From positions 6,699-70,698 of the forward strand of contig CAWATP010000033.1 of assembly GCA_963784905.1 (NCBI GenBank): 64,000 nucleotides of DNA, given 5' to 3'. Every line of letters starts with the position of its first letter. Within the stretch, counting starts at the first letter, position 1. Positions 55,545-64,000 of this stretch are shown here, in pieces. A program made the translations under genes and the position numbers. The notes beneath the pieces are model-generated. The model worked only from the letters and a program-made list of their open reading frames with translations. It ran no database searches and had not been told where the DNA came from. The DNA is from an uncultured Actinomycetota bacterium (GTDB taxonomy: Bacteria > Actinomycetota > Actinomycetes > S36-B12 > UBA5976).

Positions 55545-57598
55545 CCACGCTCGACGAGGCCCTGGATGCCGTCGTCGTCGGGCTTGGAGGAGAGCGGCGC
55601 GACGGACAACGTGAGATGGCACGCGCTGTCGAGAAGAGTCTGAGTACGCGCGAACATCTGCTGGTGCAGGCCGGCACGGGAACCGGCAAGTCCGTGGCGT
55701 ACTTGGTGCCGGCGATCATGCGGGCCGTTTCCAATCGACGTGCGATCGTCGTTTCGACCGCCACGCTGGCTCTACAGCGACAGTTGGTGGGTCGGGATCT
55801 CCCACGCATTTCCGCAGCGTTGGCACCACTTCTGGGTCGAACGCCGACGTTCGCCGTCGCCAAAGGGCGGCACAACTATGTGTGCAAGGCGCGCCTCAAC
55901 TCCGAGTTCGCACTACCTGAAGATGATGATTCGGCAGCGCTGTTTGCTGCCCCCACGACGAAGCTGGGACGTGAGGCCAAGCGTGTCCGTACCTGGGCAT
56001 TCCTGACGACTACGGGCGATCGTGAAGATCTTGAACCAGCGCCAGACCCGCGCGTGTGGCGCTCGCTATCCGTGAGTGGCAGCGAGTGCATCGGCGCCAC
56101 CAAATGCCCGTATGGCGAGGAGTGTTTCACCGAGAAGACTCGAGCCGAGGCGGCTGCCGCAGATATCGTGGTCACGAACCACGCCATGCTGGTGATCCAT
56201 GCACTGACGGGACATCCACTGCTCCCAGACCATGACGCGATCATCGTTGACGAGGGGCACGACCTCGCAGATTCCGTCACCAACCAGGCCACCGAGTCAC
56301 TCTCCGCGGCGGCGGTGGAGCGGGCGGCGTCCCGTTGCCGTCGCATCGTTGACAACGACATCGTGACGATGCTCGATGATGCTGCGGACGGGCTATCGGG
56401 GCTCATTGCCGAATTCGCCAAACCCTGGCCGCAACGAGTTGTTCGCGACGCCGACCATGAGTCGCTGATCGCGCAGTCAAATCTTGTTCCCGCGCTGACG
56501 GCGATTCGGGATGCAGCGAACAACGCCCTGGTATCGCTGGCCTCGCTCTCGAAATCGGATCCCGAAGCTCCGGCCGATGCACAGGCGAACCGTATTCGTG
56601 CGCGGGTGGCGGTGACGGAAATCCACGATGTTGCCGGTCGGCTGCTGTCCCTCAAAGATCAGGATGTCGCATGGCTGGACCGAGCTGAGGGTCGAGCGCC
56701 CATGCTGTACGTGGCGCCGCTGACGGTGAGTGGCTTGCTGGCTGAGAATCTTTTTGGTGAACAGACCGTCATAGTCACCAGCGCGACGCTCTCGCTGGGT
56801 GGTGACTTCGAAGCCATCGCCCGGTCCTTGGGTCTTCGGCCTGAGCCACGGGCCTTCAATCCCGATGCCTTTGATGATGACCCCGAGGAGCAGGTGCCGG
56901 CTCCGACTTCGGAGTGGACCTCGCTGGACGTGGGTACACCGTTCGATCCCGCGAAGCAGGGGATGCTTTATGTCGCGGCACATTTGCCACCCCCGGGCCG
57001 GGACGGCAGCTCTCCAGAACAGTTGCAGGAATTGCGTGATCTCGTCGAGGCAAGTGGCGGTCGCGCCTTGGCGTTGTTCTCGTCGTGGCGCGGAGTTGAC
57101 GCGGCGGAAGCCGAACTACAACCGCTCTGTCATGAGCTGGGTATCAAGTTGCTGGTGCAAACTCGAGGCATGCCGGTGAGTGAGATGGTGCAGCGCTTTG
57201 CCGCGGATGAAACGAGCGTTCTGGTCGGCACATTGTCACTGTGGCAGGGAGTCGATGTACCGGGCGAAGCGTGCAGCCTTGTGATCATTGATCGGATTCC
57301 GTTCCCCCGCCCTGACGATCCGTTGCATGCCGCACGTCAATCCAGGGTGGATGCTGCGGGAGGCAGCGGGTTCATGTCGGTCGCAGTGCCGCGCGCTGCG
57401 CTGTTACTTGCGCAGGGCGCGGGCCGCTTGATCCGTTCGCAAGCTGACCATGGCGTGGTCGCTGTGCTTGATTCGCGATTGGCTACGGCTCGCTATGGCG
57501 CGTACCTGCGCAAGTCCATGCCGCCGTTTTACGCCACGCAGGATCGCATGACGGCTCTGCAATCGCTTCGTAATCTGAACGCATCTCGTCGGCCCTAA
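55541..57598 (+). CDS. dinG: DinG/Rad3-family ATP-dependent DNA helicase
   Basis: Walker A QAGTGTGKS, DEGH box and a 4-Cys cluster region (C...C..C..C at CKARL / SECIGATKCPYGEEC). ATGA overlap with hflX. Confidence 0.85.
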   Translation: MTTLDEALDAVVVGLGGERRDGQREMARAVEKSLSTREHLLVQAGTGTGKSVAYLVPAIMRAVSNRRAIVVSTATLALQRQLVGRDLPRISAALAPLLGRTPTFAVAKGRHNYVCKARLNSEFALPEDDDSAALFAAPTTKLGREAKRVRTWAFLTTTGDREDLEPAPDPRVWRSLSVSGSECIGATKCPYGEECFTEKTRAEAAAADIVVTNHAMLVIHALTGHPLLPDHDAIIVDEGHDLADSVTNQATESLSAAAVERAASRCRRIVDNDIVTMLDDAADGLSGLIAEFAKPWPQRVVRDADHESLIAQSNLVPALTAIRDAANNALVSLASLSKSDPEAPADAQANRIRARVAVTEIHDVAGRLLSLKDQDVAWLDRAEGRAPMLYVAPLTVSGLLAENLFGEQTVIVTSATLSLGGDFEAIARSLGLRPEPRAFNPDAFDDDPEEQVPAPTSEWTSLDVGTPFDPAKQGMLYVAAHLPPPGRDGSSPEQLQELRDLVEASGGRALALFSSWRGVDAAEAELQPLCHELGIKLLVQTRGMPVSEMVQRFAADETSVLVGTLSLWQGVDVPGEACSLVIIDRIPFPRPDDPLHAARQSRVDAAGGSGFMSVAVPRAALLLAQGAGRLIRSQADHGVVAVLDSRLATARYGAYLRKSMPPFYATQDRMTALQSLRNLNASRRP

Positions 57599-57617
57599 AG
57601 AACTGCCGACCTCTCAC

Positions 57618-58298
57618 TTAGAGCTTGCGCAGGACAGTCTTGACGATGCCGAGGATGCGTGCATCATCGCCCGGGATGGGTTGGTAGGCCGGGTTGCTCG
57701 GCATCAACCACACGTGGCCATCACGGCGCTTGAAGGTCTTGATCGTCGCCTCATCGCCCTCGAGGAGCGCCGCTACGATGTCGCCGTTCTCTGCCGTCTG
57801 AGCGCGTCGGACCACTACGAAATCGCCGTCACAGATCGCGGCGTCAATCATGGAATCGCCCTTGACCTTGAGCATGAACAGTTCGCTGGCATCTCCACGG
57901 CCTACGAATTCGCGAGGCAGTGGCATGACGGCCTCCACTTGCTCATCAGCGATGACGCCGGTACCGGCCGCAATGGTGCCAAGCAGCGGAATGTGCACGG
58001 CCTCTTCTGCTGACGTAGATCGCGTCGAGACCTCAGGGAACATGATTTCCATGGAGCGGGCGTTACGGCTATCACGCTTAATGAAACCTGAGCGCTCAAG
58101 CTGCTGCAGCTGGTGCGTTACTGACGCGGTCGAGGCGAGCCCAACGCCCTTACCGATTTCGCGCATGGTGGGCGGGAAGCCGCGCTCGGCCACGGTCTCG
58201 GCAATGCATTCCAGGATCATGCGTTGGCGTGTCGTCAGTCCGCTTGCGTCAGGTGCCCCATCAGGCATGGGCACCACGTTCGACAGATCGTCGGTCAT
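57618..58298 (-). CDS. lexA: LexA repressor
   Basis: wHTH LTTRQRMILECI..., cleavage and catalytic motifs GDSM and ENGDIVAAL. ORF is open to 58346. Confidence 0.95.
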   Translation of the reverse strand: MTDDLSNVVPMPDGAPDASGLTTRQRMILECIAETVAERGFPPTMREIGKGVGLASTASVTHQLQQLERSGFIKRDSRNARSMEIMFPEVSTRSTSAEEAVHIPLLGTIAAGTGVIADEQVEAVMPLPREFVGRGDASELFMLKVKGDSMIDAAICDGDFVVVRRAQTAENGDIVAALLEGDEATIKTFKRRDGHVWLMPSNPAYQPIPGDDARILGIVKTVLRKL

Positions 58299-58384
58299 TG
58301 TCAGACCCCCTCGGTTGCATATGCATTGGCGGCGGTCGCGGGCCACAGGGGAGTGCGCGACCGCCGATCCAGACAGTAGAGCAA

Positions 58385-58400
58385 TCGAACGAACGTTCCA
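58385..58400. promoter_or_regulatory. LexA (SOS) box TCGAAC-GAAC-GTTCCA
   Basis: Matches the actinobacterial TCGAAC-N4-GTTCGA consensus at 14/16 positions. Lies in the lexA/LysM divergent region. Confidence 0.75.
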
Positions 58401-58413
58401 AACATTTGTTCGA
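58398..58413. promoter_or_regulatory. Degenerate SOS-like box CCAAAC-ATTT-GTTCGA
   Basis: Right half is perfect and the left half is weak. Overlaps the previous box by 3 nt. Confidence 0.4.
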
Positions 58414-58449
58414 AAAATACTTGGCGTGTCGGGGGAGCGGTGCTACCGT

Positions 58450-58465
58450 TCGAACAGACGTTCGA
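58450..58465. promoter_or_regulatory. LexA (SOS) box TCGAAC-AGAC-GTTCGA (perfect)
   Basis: Perfect consensus, 38 nt upstream of the LysM-gene ATG. Confidence 0.85.
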
Positions 58466-58502
58466 TCGCCTTCCCCGATGATCGAGCAGAAAGAGGCCTC
58501 TC

Positions 58503-58895
58503 ATGGCAACGATGACGATGGATTTTGGCGGTCCTCGTGCCACCCGTCCCGCGACGCGTGTCACGGCAGCGCACACGGAAAGCGCTCTCCGACTAACTGC
58601 CCGCGGTCGGTTAGTCGTGCGCATCGCGGTTGCGACCCTGGTTACCCTCCTCATCTTTACGCTGATGTCGCTGGGCAAGGGAACCGCAGTCGCGGCGACG
58701 ACCCAGGCTCCGCAATCGGCGGCTGCGAGCCATTCCGTTGTGGTGCGCTCTGGAGAGACGCTCTGGCAGATCGCAGCACGGGAGCTTCCCAACACCGATC
58801 CTCGCGACAGCATCGCGCGAATCCGTACGCTCAATGGCATGTCCAAAATGGCGGTCCTAGACGCGGGTCAGACGCTTGAGATCCCGACCGTTTGA
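58503..58895 (+). CDS. LysM-domain membrane protein divergent from lexA (ChiZ/Rv2719c-like arrangement)
   Basis: TM helix LVVRIAVATLVTLLIFTLM followed by a LysM domain (VVRSGETLWQIA...LDAGQTLEIP). Confidence 0.8.
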   Translation: MATMTMDFGGPRATRPATRVTAAHTESALRLTARGRLVVRIAVATLVTLLIFTLMSLGKGTAVAATTQAPQSAAASHSVVVRSGETLWQIAARELPNTDPRDSIARIRTLNGMSKMAVLDAGQTLEIPTV

Positions 58896-58982
58896 CGCAT
58901 GCAGCGGTATTGGCGTGTGGTCTTCCCGACACGCAGGTACCTAGGTCTTGCGTAAGGCACGCGTCGAGCCGTACCTTTCGAA

Positions 58983-58998
58983 CCACAACATCTGGTGT
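58983..58998. promoter_or_regulatory. Candidate NrdR box 1 CCACAACATCTGGTGT
   Basis: Resembles the NrdR-box consensus acaCwAtATaTwGtgt. About 115 nt upstream of nrdR. Confidence 0.45.
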
Positions 58999-59013
58999 CC
59001 AAACTGAGTTCTA

Positions 59014-59029
59014 TTTCCACATATCGTGG
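59014..59029. promoter_or_regulatory. Candidate NrdR box 2 TTTCCACATATCGTGG (weak left arm)
   Basis: Centre is 31 bp from the box 1 centre, which is the canonical tandem-box spacing. Confidence 0.35.
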
Positions 59030-59111
59030 TTAAGGATCCGCTGGTTTTGCATCGGTTGTGCATAGCGCCGACAGTCTCGACGCTCGAGTTGATGCGTGAT
59101 TGGAGGTCTCG

Positions 59112-59594
59112 ATGTTCTGTCCATACTGCCGAAACGAGGACTCCCGGGTCATCGATTCGCGTTCGAGTGACGAAGGAACCTCAATTCGCCGACGGCGTCA
59201 GTGCCCCGAATGTGGTCGGCGCTTCTCTACGGTCGAAACCTTCACCTTGTTGGTAGCGAAGCGTTCTGGTGCTGTAGAGCCCTTCTCGCGCGCGAAGGTG
59301 ATGAGCGGAGTGCGCAAGGCCTGCCAGGGCCGTCCGGTCTCCGATGACGACCTCGCTTTGCTCTCACAACGGGTTGAGGACACGCTGCGCGCTGCCGGAT
59401 CGGCCGAAATTCCCAGCGGCGAAGTTGGCCTTGCCATCCTCGGCCCATTGCGCGAACTCGACGAGGTGGCGTATTTGCGCTTCGCCTCGGTGTACCGAAA
59501 CTTCGAGAGTCTGGCTGATTTCGAGGGTGAGATAGCGGTACTGCGAGCTAGCCGCCTGGCGGAAGCTCCGCCAGGCGTTCAGGCCTACGCCTGA
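59112..59594 (+). CDS. nrdR: Transcriptional repressor NrdR
   Basis: Zn ribbon CPYC...CPECG plus an ATP-cone. GGAGG Shine-Dalgarno sequence before ATG 59112. Confidence 0.95.
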   Translation: MFCPYCRNEDSRVIDSRSSDEGTSIRRRRQCPECGRRFSTVETFTLLVAKRSGAVEPFSRAKVMSGVRKACQGRPVSDDDLALLSQRVEDTLRAAGSAEIPSGEVGLAILGPLRELDEVAYLRFASVYRNFESLADFEGEIAVLRASRLAEAPPGVQAYA

Positions 59595-59714
59595 CCACGA
59601 TTGCACCATCACGGGCCGTGTGCCCACCACTTCCCACGTAAGACCCCGAGGCCAGTTCCCCACGGTTCCGGGTGCCACACCTTCAACAACGACACCACTC
59701 TGTAAAGGGGCATC

Positions 59715-62546
59715 ATGACCGAGACGGCGAATTCCGCCACGCGCACTTCCAGCAAGGCCGGTAAGGGGCTGCCCATGCAGCGTCTGTGGTCCACGGAAGG
59801 CGTGCATCCGTACGACGAAGTGACCTGGGAACGTCGCGATGTCGTACAGACCAACTGGAAGACCGGCGAGACCGTCTTCGAGCAGCGCGGCGTTGAGTTC
59901 CCCGAGACGTGGTCGGTAAACGCCTCCACGATCGTCACGACCAAGTACTTTCGTGGCGCCGTCGGTTCTGAGCAGCGAGAGTGGTCGCTGCGTCAACTCA
60001 TCGATCGGGTCGTGCTTACGTATGTCAAGGCGGGCAAGGACTACGGCTACTTCTCTACGCCGGGCGATGCCGATGTGTTTGAAGCCGAGCTCACCTACAT
60101 GCTGCTGCACCAAGTCTTTGCCTTCAACTCTCCGGTGTGGTTCAACGTTGGTACGGCATCGCCACAGCAAGTGAGTGCGTGCTTCATCCTTTCGGTGGAT
60201 GACACCATGGATTCCATTCTCAACTGGTACCGCGAAGAAGGCTTGATCTTCAAGGGCGGATCGGGCGCCGGCCTCAACTTGTCACGCATTCGCTCCTCCA
60301 AGGAGTTGCTGTCCTCTGGTGGCACCGCGAGCGGCCCGGTTTCCTTCATGCGTGGCGCCGATGCGTCCGCAGGCACCATTAAGTCAGGCGGCGCTACCCG
60401 TCGCGCCGCAAAAATGGTCGTGCTCGATATCGATCACCCGGACATCGAGGAGTTCATCGGTACCAAGGTGCGCGAAGAGGACAAGATCCGCGCGCTCAAG
60501 GCGGCCGGTTTCGACATGGATCTCGGCGGCGCCGACATCCACTCGGTGCAGTACCAGAACGCCAATAACTCGGTTCGCGTTTCCGATGAATTCATGCGGG
60601 CGGTTGAAGAGGGCACCGAGTTCGGTCTGCGCGCCCGCGCCACCGGTGAGGTTATCCAAACCGTTGATGCTCGAACGCTGTTCCGCACGATCAGTGAAGC
60701 CGCTTGGGCCTGTGCCGATCCCGGTATCCAGTACGACGACACCATCAACGACTGGCACACCAACCCTGAGACTGGCCGCATCAACGCGTCCAACCCGTGC
60801 TCGGAGTACATGAGCCTGGATAACTCGTCGTGCAACCTCGCCTCGCTCAACTTGATGAAGTTCCTCAAGCCCGATGACACCTTCGATGCAGTGAAGTTCT
60901 CCAAGTCAGTCGACTTCATCATCACGGCAATGGATATCTCCATCTGCTTTGCCGACTTCCCAACGGAGCCAATCGCTATCACCACTCGTGACTACCGCCA
61001 ACTGGGGATCGGATACGCGAACTTGGGTGCCTTGCTGATGGCTGTCGGTCTGCCCTACGACTCCGAAGGTGGCCGCGCACTTGCTGCAGCGATCACCAGT
61101 CTCATGACGGGTGCTTCCTACAAGCGTTCGGCCGAACTCGCCGCCGTCGTCGGTCCGTACGCCGGATACAAGCGCAACGCGGCAGTGCATGCTCGCGTTA
61201 TGCGCAAGCACGCGGCAGCGACCGATGCGCTACGCACCGTCACGAGTCTTGATGGCGATGTTGCGAAGGAAGCCGCGAGGGTGTGGGAAGCGGGCAATGC
61301 GCTGGGAGCGAAGAACGGCTGGCGTAACGCGCAGGCCTCGGTGCTCGCACCGACCGGCACCATCGGTTTCATGATGGATTGCGACACCACCGGTATTGAG
61401 CCCGACTTCTCACTGGTGAAATTTAAGAAGCTCGTTGGCGGCGGCTCCATGCAGATCGTCAACCAGACCATTCCGCACGCGCTGCGCAAGCTCGGTTATG
61501 CCGAGGAGACCGTGGAAGCCATCGTCGAGTACATCTCGCAGCACGGTCACGTCGTTGATGCGCCTGGGCTCAAGCTCGAGCACTACCCGATCTTTGATAC
61601 GGCTATGGGCCTTCGCTCCATCACGCCGATGGGTCACGTTCGCATGATGGCAGCCTGTCAGCCATTCCTCTCCGGAGCCATTTCGAAGACGGTGAATATG
61701 CCCGAAACGGCGGCCGTCGAGGATGTCGAGGAGATCTACTTCCAGGCGTGGAAGCTGGGTGTCAAGGCGCTGGCTATCTATCGCGATAACTGCAAGGTCG
61801 GTCAGCCGCTGTCGGACGGTAAGTCCAAGCCGGCCGCAGAGGCACCGGTAGCTGAGCCGACCGCTCGCATCGAGTACCGCCCGATGCGTTCCCGTATGCC
61901 GAAGCGCCGTGCTTCGACCACCACGTCCTTCTCCGTTGGCGGTGCTGAGGGCTACATGACAGCCGGGTCGTACGACGACGGCAGTATCGGTGAAGTCTTC
62001 CTCAAACTCGGCAAGCAGGGCTCCACGCTTGCTGGTGTTATGGATGCCTTTTCCATCGCAATCTCCATCGCGGTCCAGTACGGCGTTCCGCTTGAGGCCT
62101 ACGTTTCGAAGTTCACCAACATGCGCTTCGAGCCCGCCGGTCTGACCGATGATGCCGATATCCGCATGGCGCAGTCGGTGGTGGATTACATCTTCCGTCG
62201 TCTCGCCTTGGATTACCTCGACTACGACAAGCGTGCAGCGCTCGGCATCTTTACCGCCGAAGAGCGTGCTGCGCAGGTGTCTGGTTACGACACGACGCCG
62301 GCCAACTCGGCAGATGTTGTGGACGCCGTCGTTGAGACGCTCTCGCAGTCAGCGCCGATCACCTCGGCAGTTGCTGCTGCGGTGTCGGTAGAGCCGCTCC
62401 AGGCACACTCCTCAGCCGAACTCATGGAAGCGCTCATGGGCAAGACTTCGGATGCGCCGCTGTGCATGACCTGCGGTATCAAGATGCGGCCTGCCGGTGC
62501 CTGCTATGCCTGCGAAGGCTGTGGCGCCACCAGCGGTTGCAGCTGA
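59715..62546 (+). CDS. nrdJ: Class II (adenosylcobalamin-dependent) ribonucleotide reductase
   Basis: 943 aa. TTKYFRG, VSACFIL and NPCSEY active-site motifs. C-terminal Cys-rich tail CMTCG...CYACEGCG. Confidence 0.95.
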   Translation: MTETANSATRTSSKAGKGLPMQRLWSTEGVHPYDEVTWERRDVVQTNWKTGETVFEQRGVEFPETWSVNASTIVTTKYFRGAVGSEQREWSLRQLIDRVVLTYVKAGKDYGYFSTPGDADVFEAELTYMLLHQVFAFNSPVWFNVGTASPQQVSACFILSVDDTMDSILNWYREEGLIFKGGSGAGLNLSRIRSSKELLSSGGTASGPVSFMRGADASAGTIKSGGATRRAAKMVVLDIDHPDIEEFIGTKVREEDKIRALKAAGFDMDLGGADIHSVQYQNANNSVRVSDEFMRAVEEGTEFGLRARATGEVIQTVDARTLFRTISEAAWACADPGIQYDDTINDWHTNPETGRINASNPCSEYMSLDNSSCNLASLNLMKFLKPDDTFDAVKFSKSVDFIITAMDISICFADFPTEPIAITTRDYRQLGIGYANLGALLMAVGLPYDSEGGRALAAAITSLMTGASYKRSAELAAVVGPYAGYKRNAAVHARVMRKHAAATDALRTVTSLDGDVAKEAARVWEAGNALGAKNGWRNAQASVLAPTGTIGFMMDCDTTGIEPDFSLVKFKKLVGGGSMQIVNQTIPHALRKLGYAEETVEAIVEYISQHGHVVDAPGLKLEHYPIFDTAMGLRSITPMGHVRMMAACQPFLSGAISKTVNMPETAAVEDVEEIYFQAWKLGVKALAIYRDNCKVGQPLSDGKSKPAAEAPVAEPTARIEYRPMRSRMPKRRASTTTSFSVGGAEGYMTAGSYDDGSIGEVFLKLGKQGSTLAGVMDAFSIAISIAVQYGVPLEAYVSKFTNMRFEPAGLTDDADIRMAQSVVDYIFRRLALDYLDYDKRAALGIFTAEERAAQVSGYDTTPANSADVVDAVVETLSQSAPITSAVAAAVSVEPLQAHSSAELMEALMGKTSDAPLCMTCGIKMRPAGACYACEGCGATSGCS

Positions 62547-62565
62547 TCTCCAGCACCCCCAAGAC

Positions 62566-62604
62566 ACGAACCCCCGCCGCGGTTGTACCCGGGCGGGGGT
62601 TCGT
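62566..62604. terminator. Bidirectional hairpin between nrdJ and the convergent SDR gene
   Basis: ACGAACCCCCGCC-13 nt-GGCGGGGGTTCGT. Perfect 13-bp stem. Confidence 0.6.
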
Positions 62605-62617
62605 TGCGTCTGAGCCG

Positions 62618-63358
62618 CTACTGCGCGGTGTAGCCGCCGTCGACGACGTAGTAGCCGCCAGTCATATTGCTGGAGCGATCGCTCGCCAAGAACGCGATGA
62701 GTTCGGCAACCTCTGGTGATTCGCCGAGTCGGTTGCTCGCATGCTTGGACGCAATGTCGGCCAGGATGGCCGGATCGGCCGCGTCAAGGAGCGGCGTGCG
62801 TATGAAGCCGGGGCCGACCGAATTGCAGCGGATGCCCTGCTGTGCGTATTCGAGCGCGATGGTCTTGGTGAGCCCGACGACGCCGTGCTTGGCTGCGACA
62901 TAGGCGACCGAATACGGGAAGCCGACAGAGCCGAGAATGCTTGCGATGTTCACGATGCTGCCGCCGCCAGATTTCAGCATCGCGGGGATTTCTGCGCGTG
63001 CACTGAAGAAGACGCCGTTGAGATTGACGCCCATCACGGCGGCCCATCCATCCAGCGGGTAGTCGCCGGTGGGCATTTGCGGACCACCGATGCCGGCATT
63101 GTTGACGCCGATGTGCAAGGCTCCGAACGCATCCGTGGCCCTGGCAACCATGGCTTCGCAGTCTTCGGATCTACTGGTATCGCCTTGTACAGCCACGGCG
63201 TTTGCGCCGATGCCTGACGCTACAGCCGTGGCTTTCGCCAGATCGATATCTGCGACCACGACCTTTGCTCCGCGCTCAGCGAGCAGTTTGCAGGTTGCCT
63301 CGCCGATGCCGGAGCCTCCGCCCGTGACGAGTGCAACTTTGCCTTCAAGTTCGTTCAT
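62618..63358 (-). CDS. Short-chain dehydrogenase/reductase (SDR)
   Basis: TGGGSGIG cofactor motif, NNAG and YxxxK (YVAAKHG). GGAAGGAA Shine-Dalgarno sequence before ATG 63358. ORF is open to 63487. Confidence 0.9.
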   Translation of the reverse strand: MNELEGKVALVTGGGSGIGEATCKLLAERGAKVVVADIDLAKATAVASGIGANAVAVQGDTSRSEDCEAMVARATDAFGALHIGVNNAGIGGPQMPTGDYPLDGWAAVMGVNLNGVFFSARAEIPAMLKSGGGSIVNIASILGSVGFPYSVAYVAAKHGVVGLTKTIALEYAQQGIRCNSVGPGFIRTPLLDAADPAILADIASKHASNRLGESPEVAELIAFLASDRSSNMTGGYYVVDGGYTAQ

Positions 63359-63578
63359 GTGGGTTCCTTCCCTCGTATCTCGATAGTCCTCGCTCAGCAA
63401 GGTGAGGGGGAGAGTCGGCCCTTCGCGGTGTTCCCACCCGACCGGCATCCGCGCCCAGCGTGCAATCGAGGATCTGCGGCTTGTCAATTCACTGTGAGCC
63501 CCTTCCGGTTGGCATTAGCGACCCCGTAGCATGAAAACTCGAGTCTGCGCGAAGGCACAGAGTTGCTGCTCATTTTGA

Positions 63579-64000
<422 letters not shown>

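Noticed and set aside
59595-59714. Cobalamin riboswitch or NrdR boxes directly upstream of nrdJ (and a B12 element upstream of icmF)
   Set aside because: No B12-box-like sequence and no NrdR-type palindrome was seen. icmF is translationally coupled to E2, so it has no leader at all.

Overview
High-GC actinobacterial chromosome segment, densely coding on both strands. Gene order parallels the conserved actinobacterial core region mnmA-ligA-gatCAB-ilvBNC-serA-leuB-gltX-miaBA-dapF-hflX-lexA-nrdR. Content falls into five groups. (1) Translation and tRNA genes: mnmA 3' end, gatCAB, gltX, tRNA-Gln, tRNA-Glu, miaB, miaA, hflX. (2) DNA metabolism: ligA, a DinG-like helicase, lexA, nrdR-nrdJ. (3) Branched-chain amino-acid biosynthesis: ilvBNC, leuA, leuB, ilvE, cimA, plus serA. 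(4) A branched/short-chain acyl-CoA catabolic block: 2-oxoacid dehydrogenase E1a/E1b/E2, fused isobutyryl-CoA mutase IcmF, acyl-CoA dehydrogenase, 3-hydroxybutyryl-CoA dehydrogenase. (5) Accessory inserts: a DUF222-HNH gene, hydrolase/GNAT, SIMPL, a TetR-ABC operon, two NUDIX genes, a PIG-L deacetylase/GT4 pair, a DUF559-type gene, ribBA, a GH1 glucosidase and the katG 5' end. I found no rRNA, CRISPR array, transposase, integrase or recognisable phage/defence module. The most interesting unexplained signals are non-coding. Three tiny leader-peptide ORFs with rare branched-chain codons precede ilvB, cimA and leuA, and two of them carry near-identical terminator modules. A three-member family of ~70-bp composite palindromes lies inside the ilv/leu region, with two copies bracketing the DUF559 gene. 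A seven-unit 30-bp tandem array sits between the HNH gene and gatC. TANNNT hexamers recur 6-8 nt before start codons, which suggests leaderless mRNAs. I see no convincing evidence for a novel multi-gene system. All calls rest on motif recognition by eye; no database search was run.
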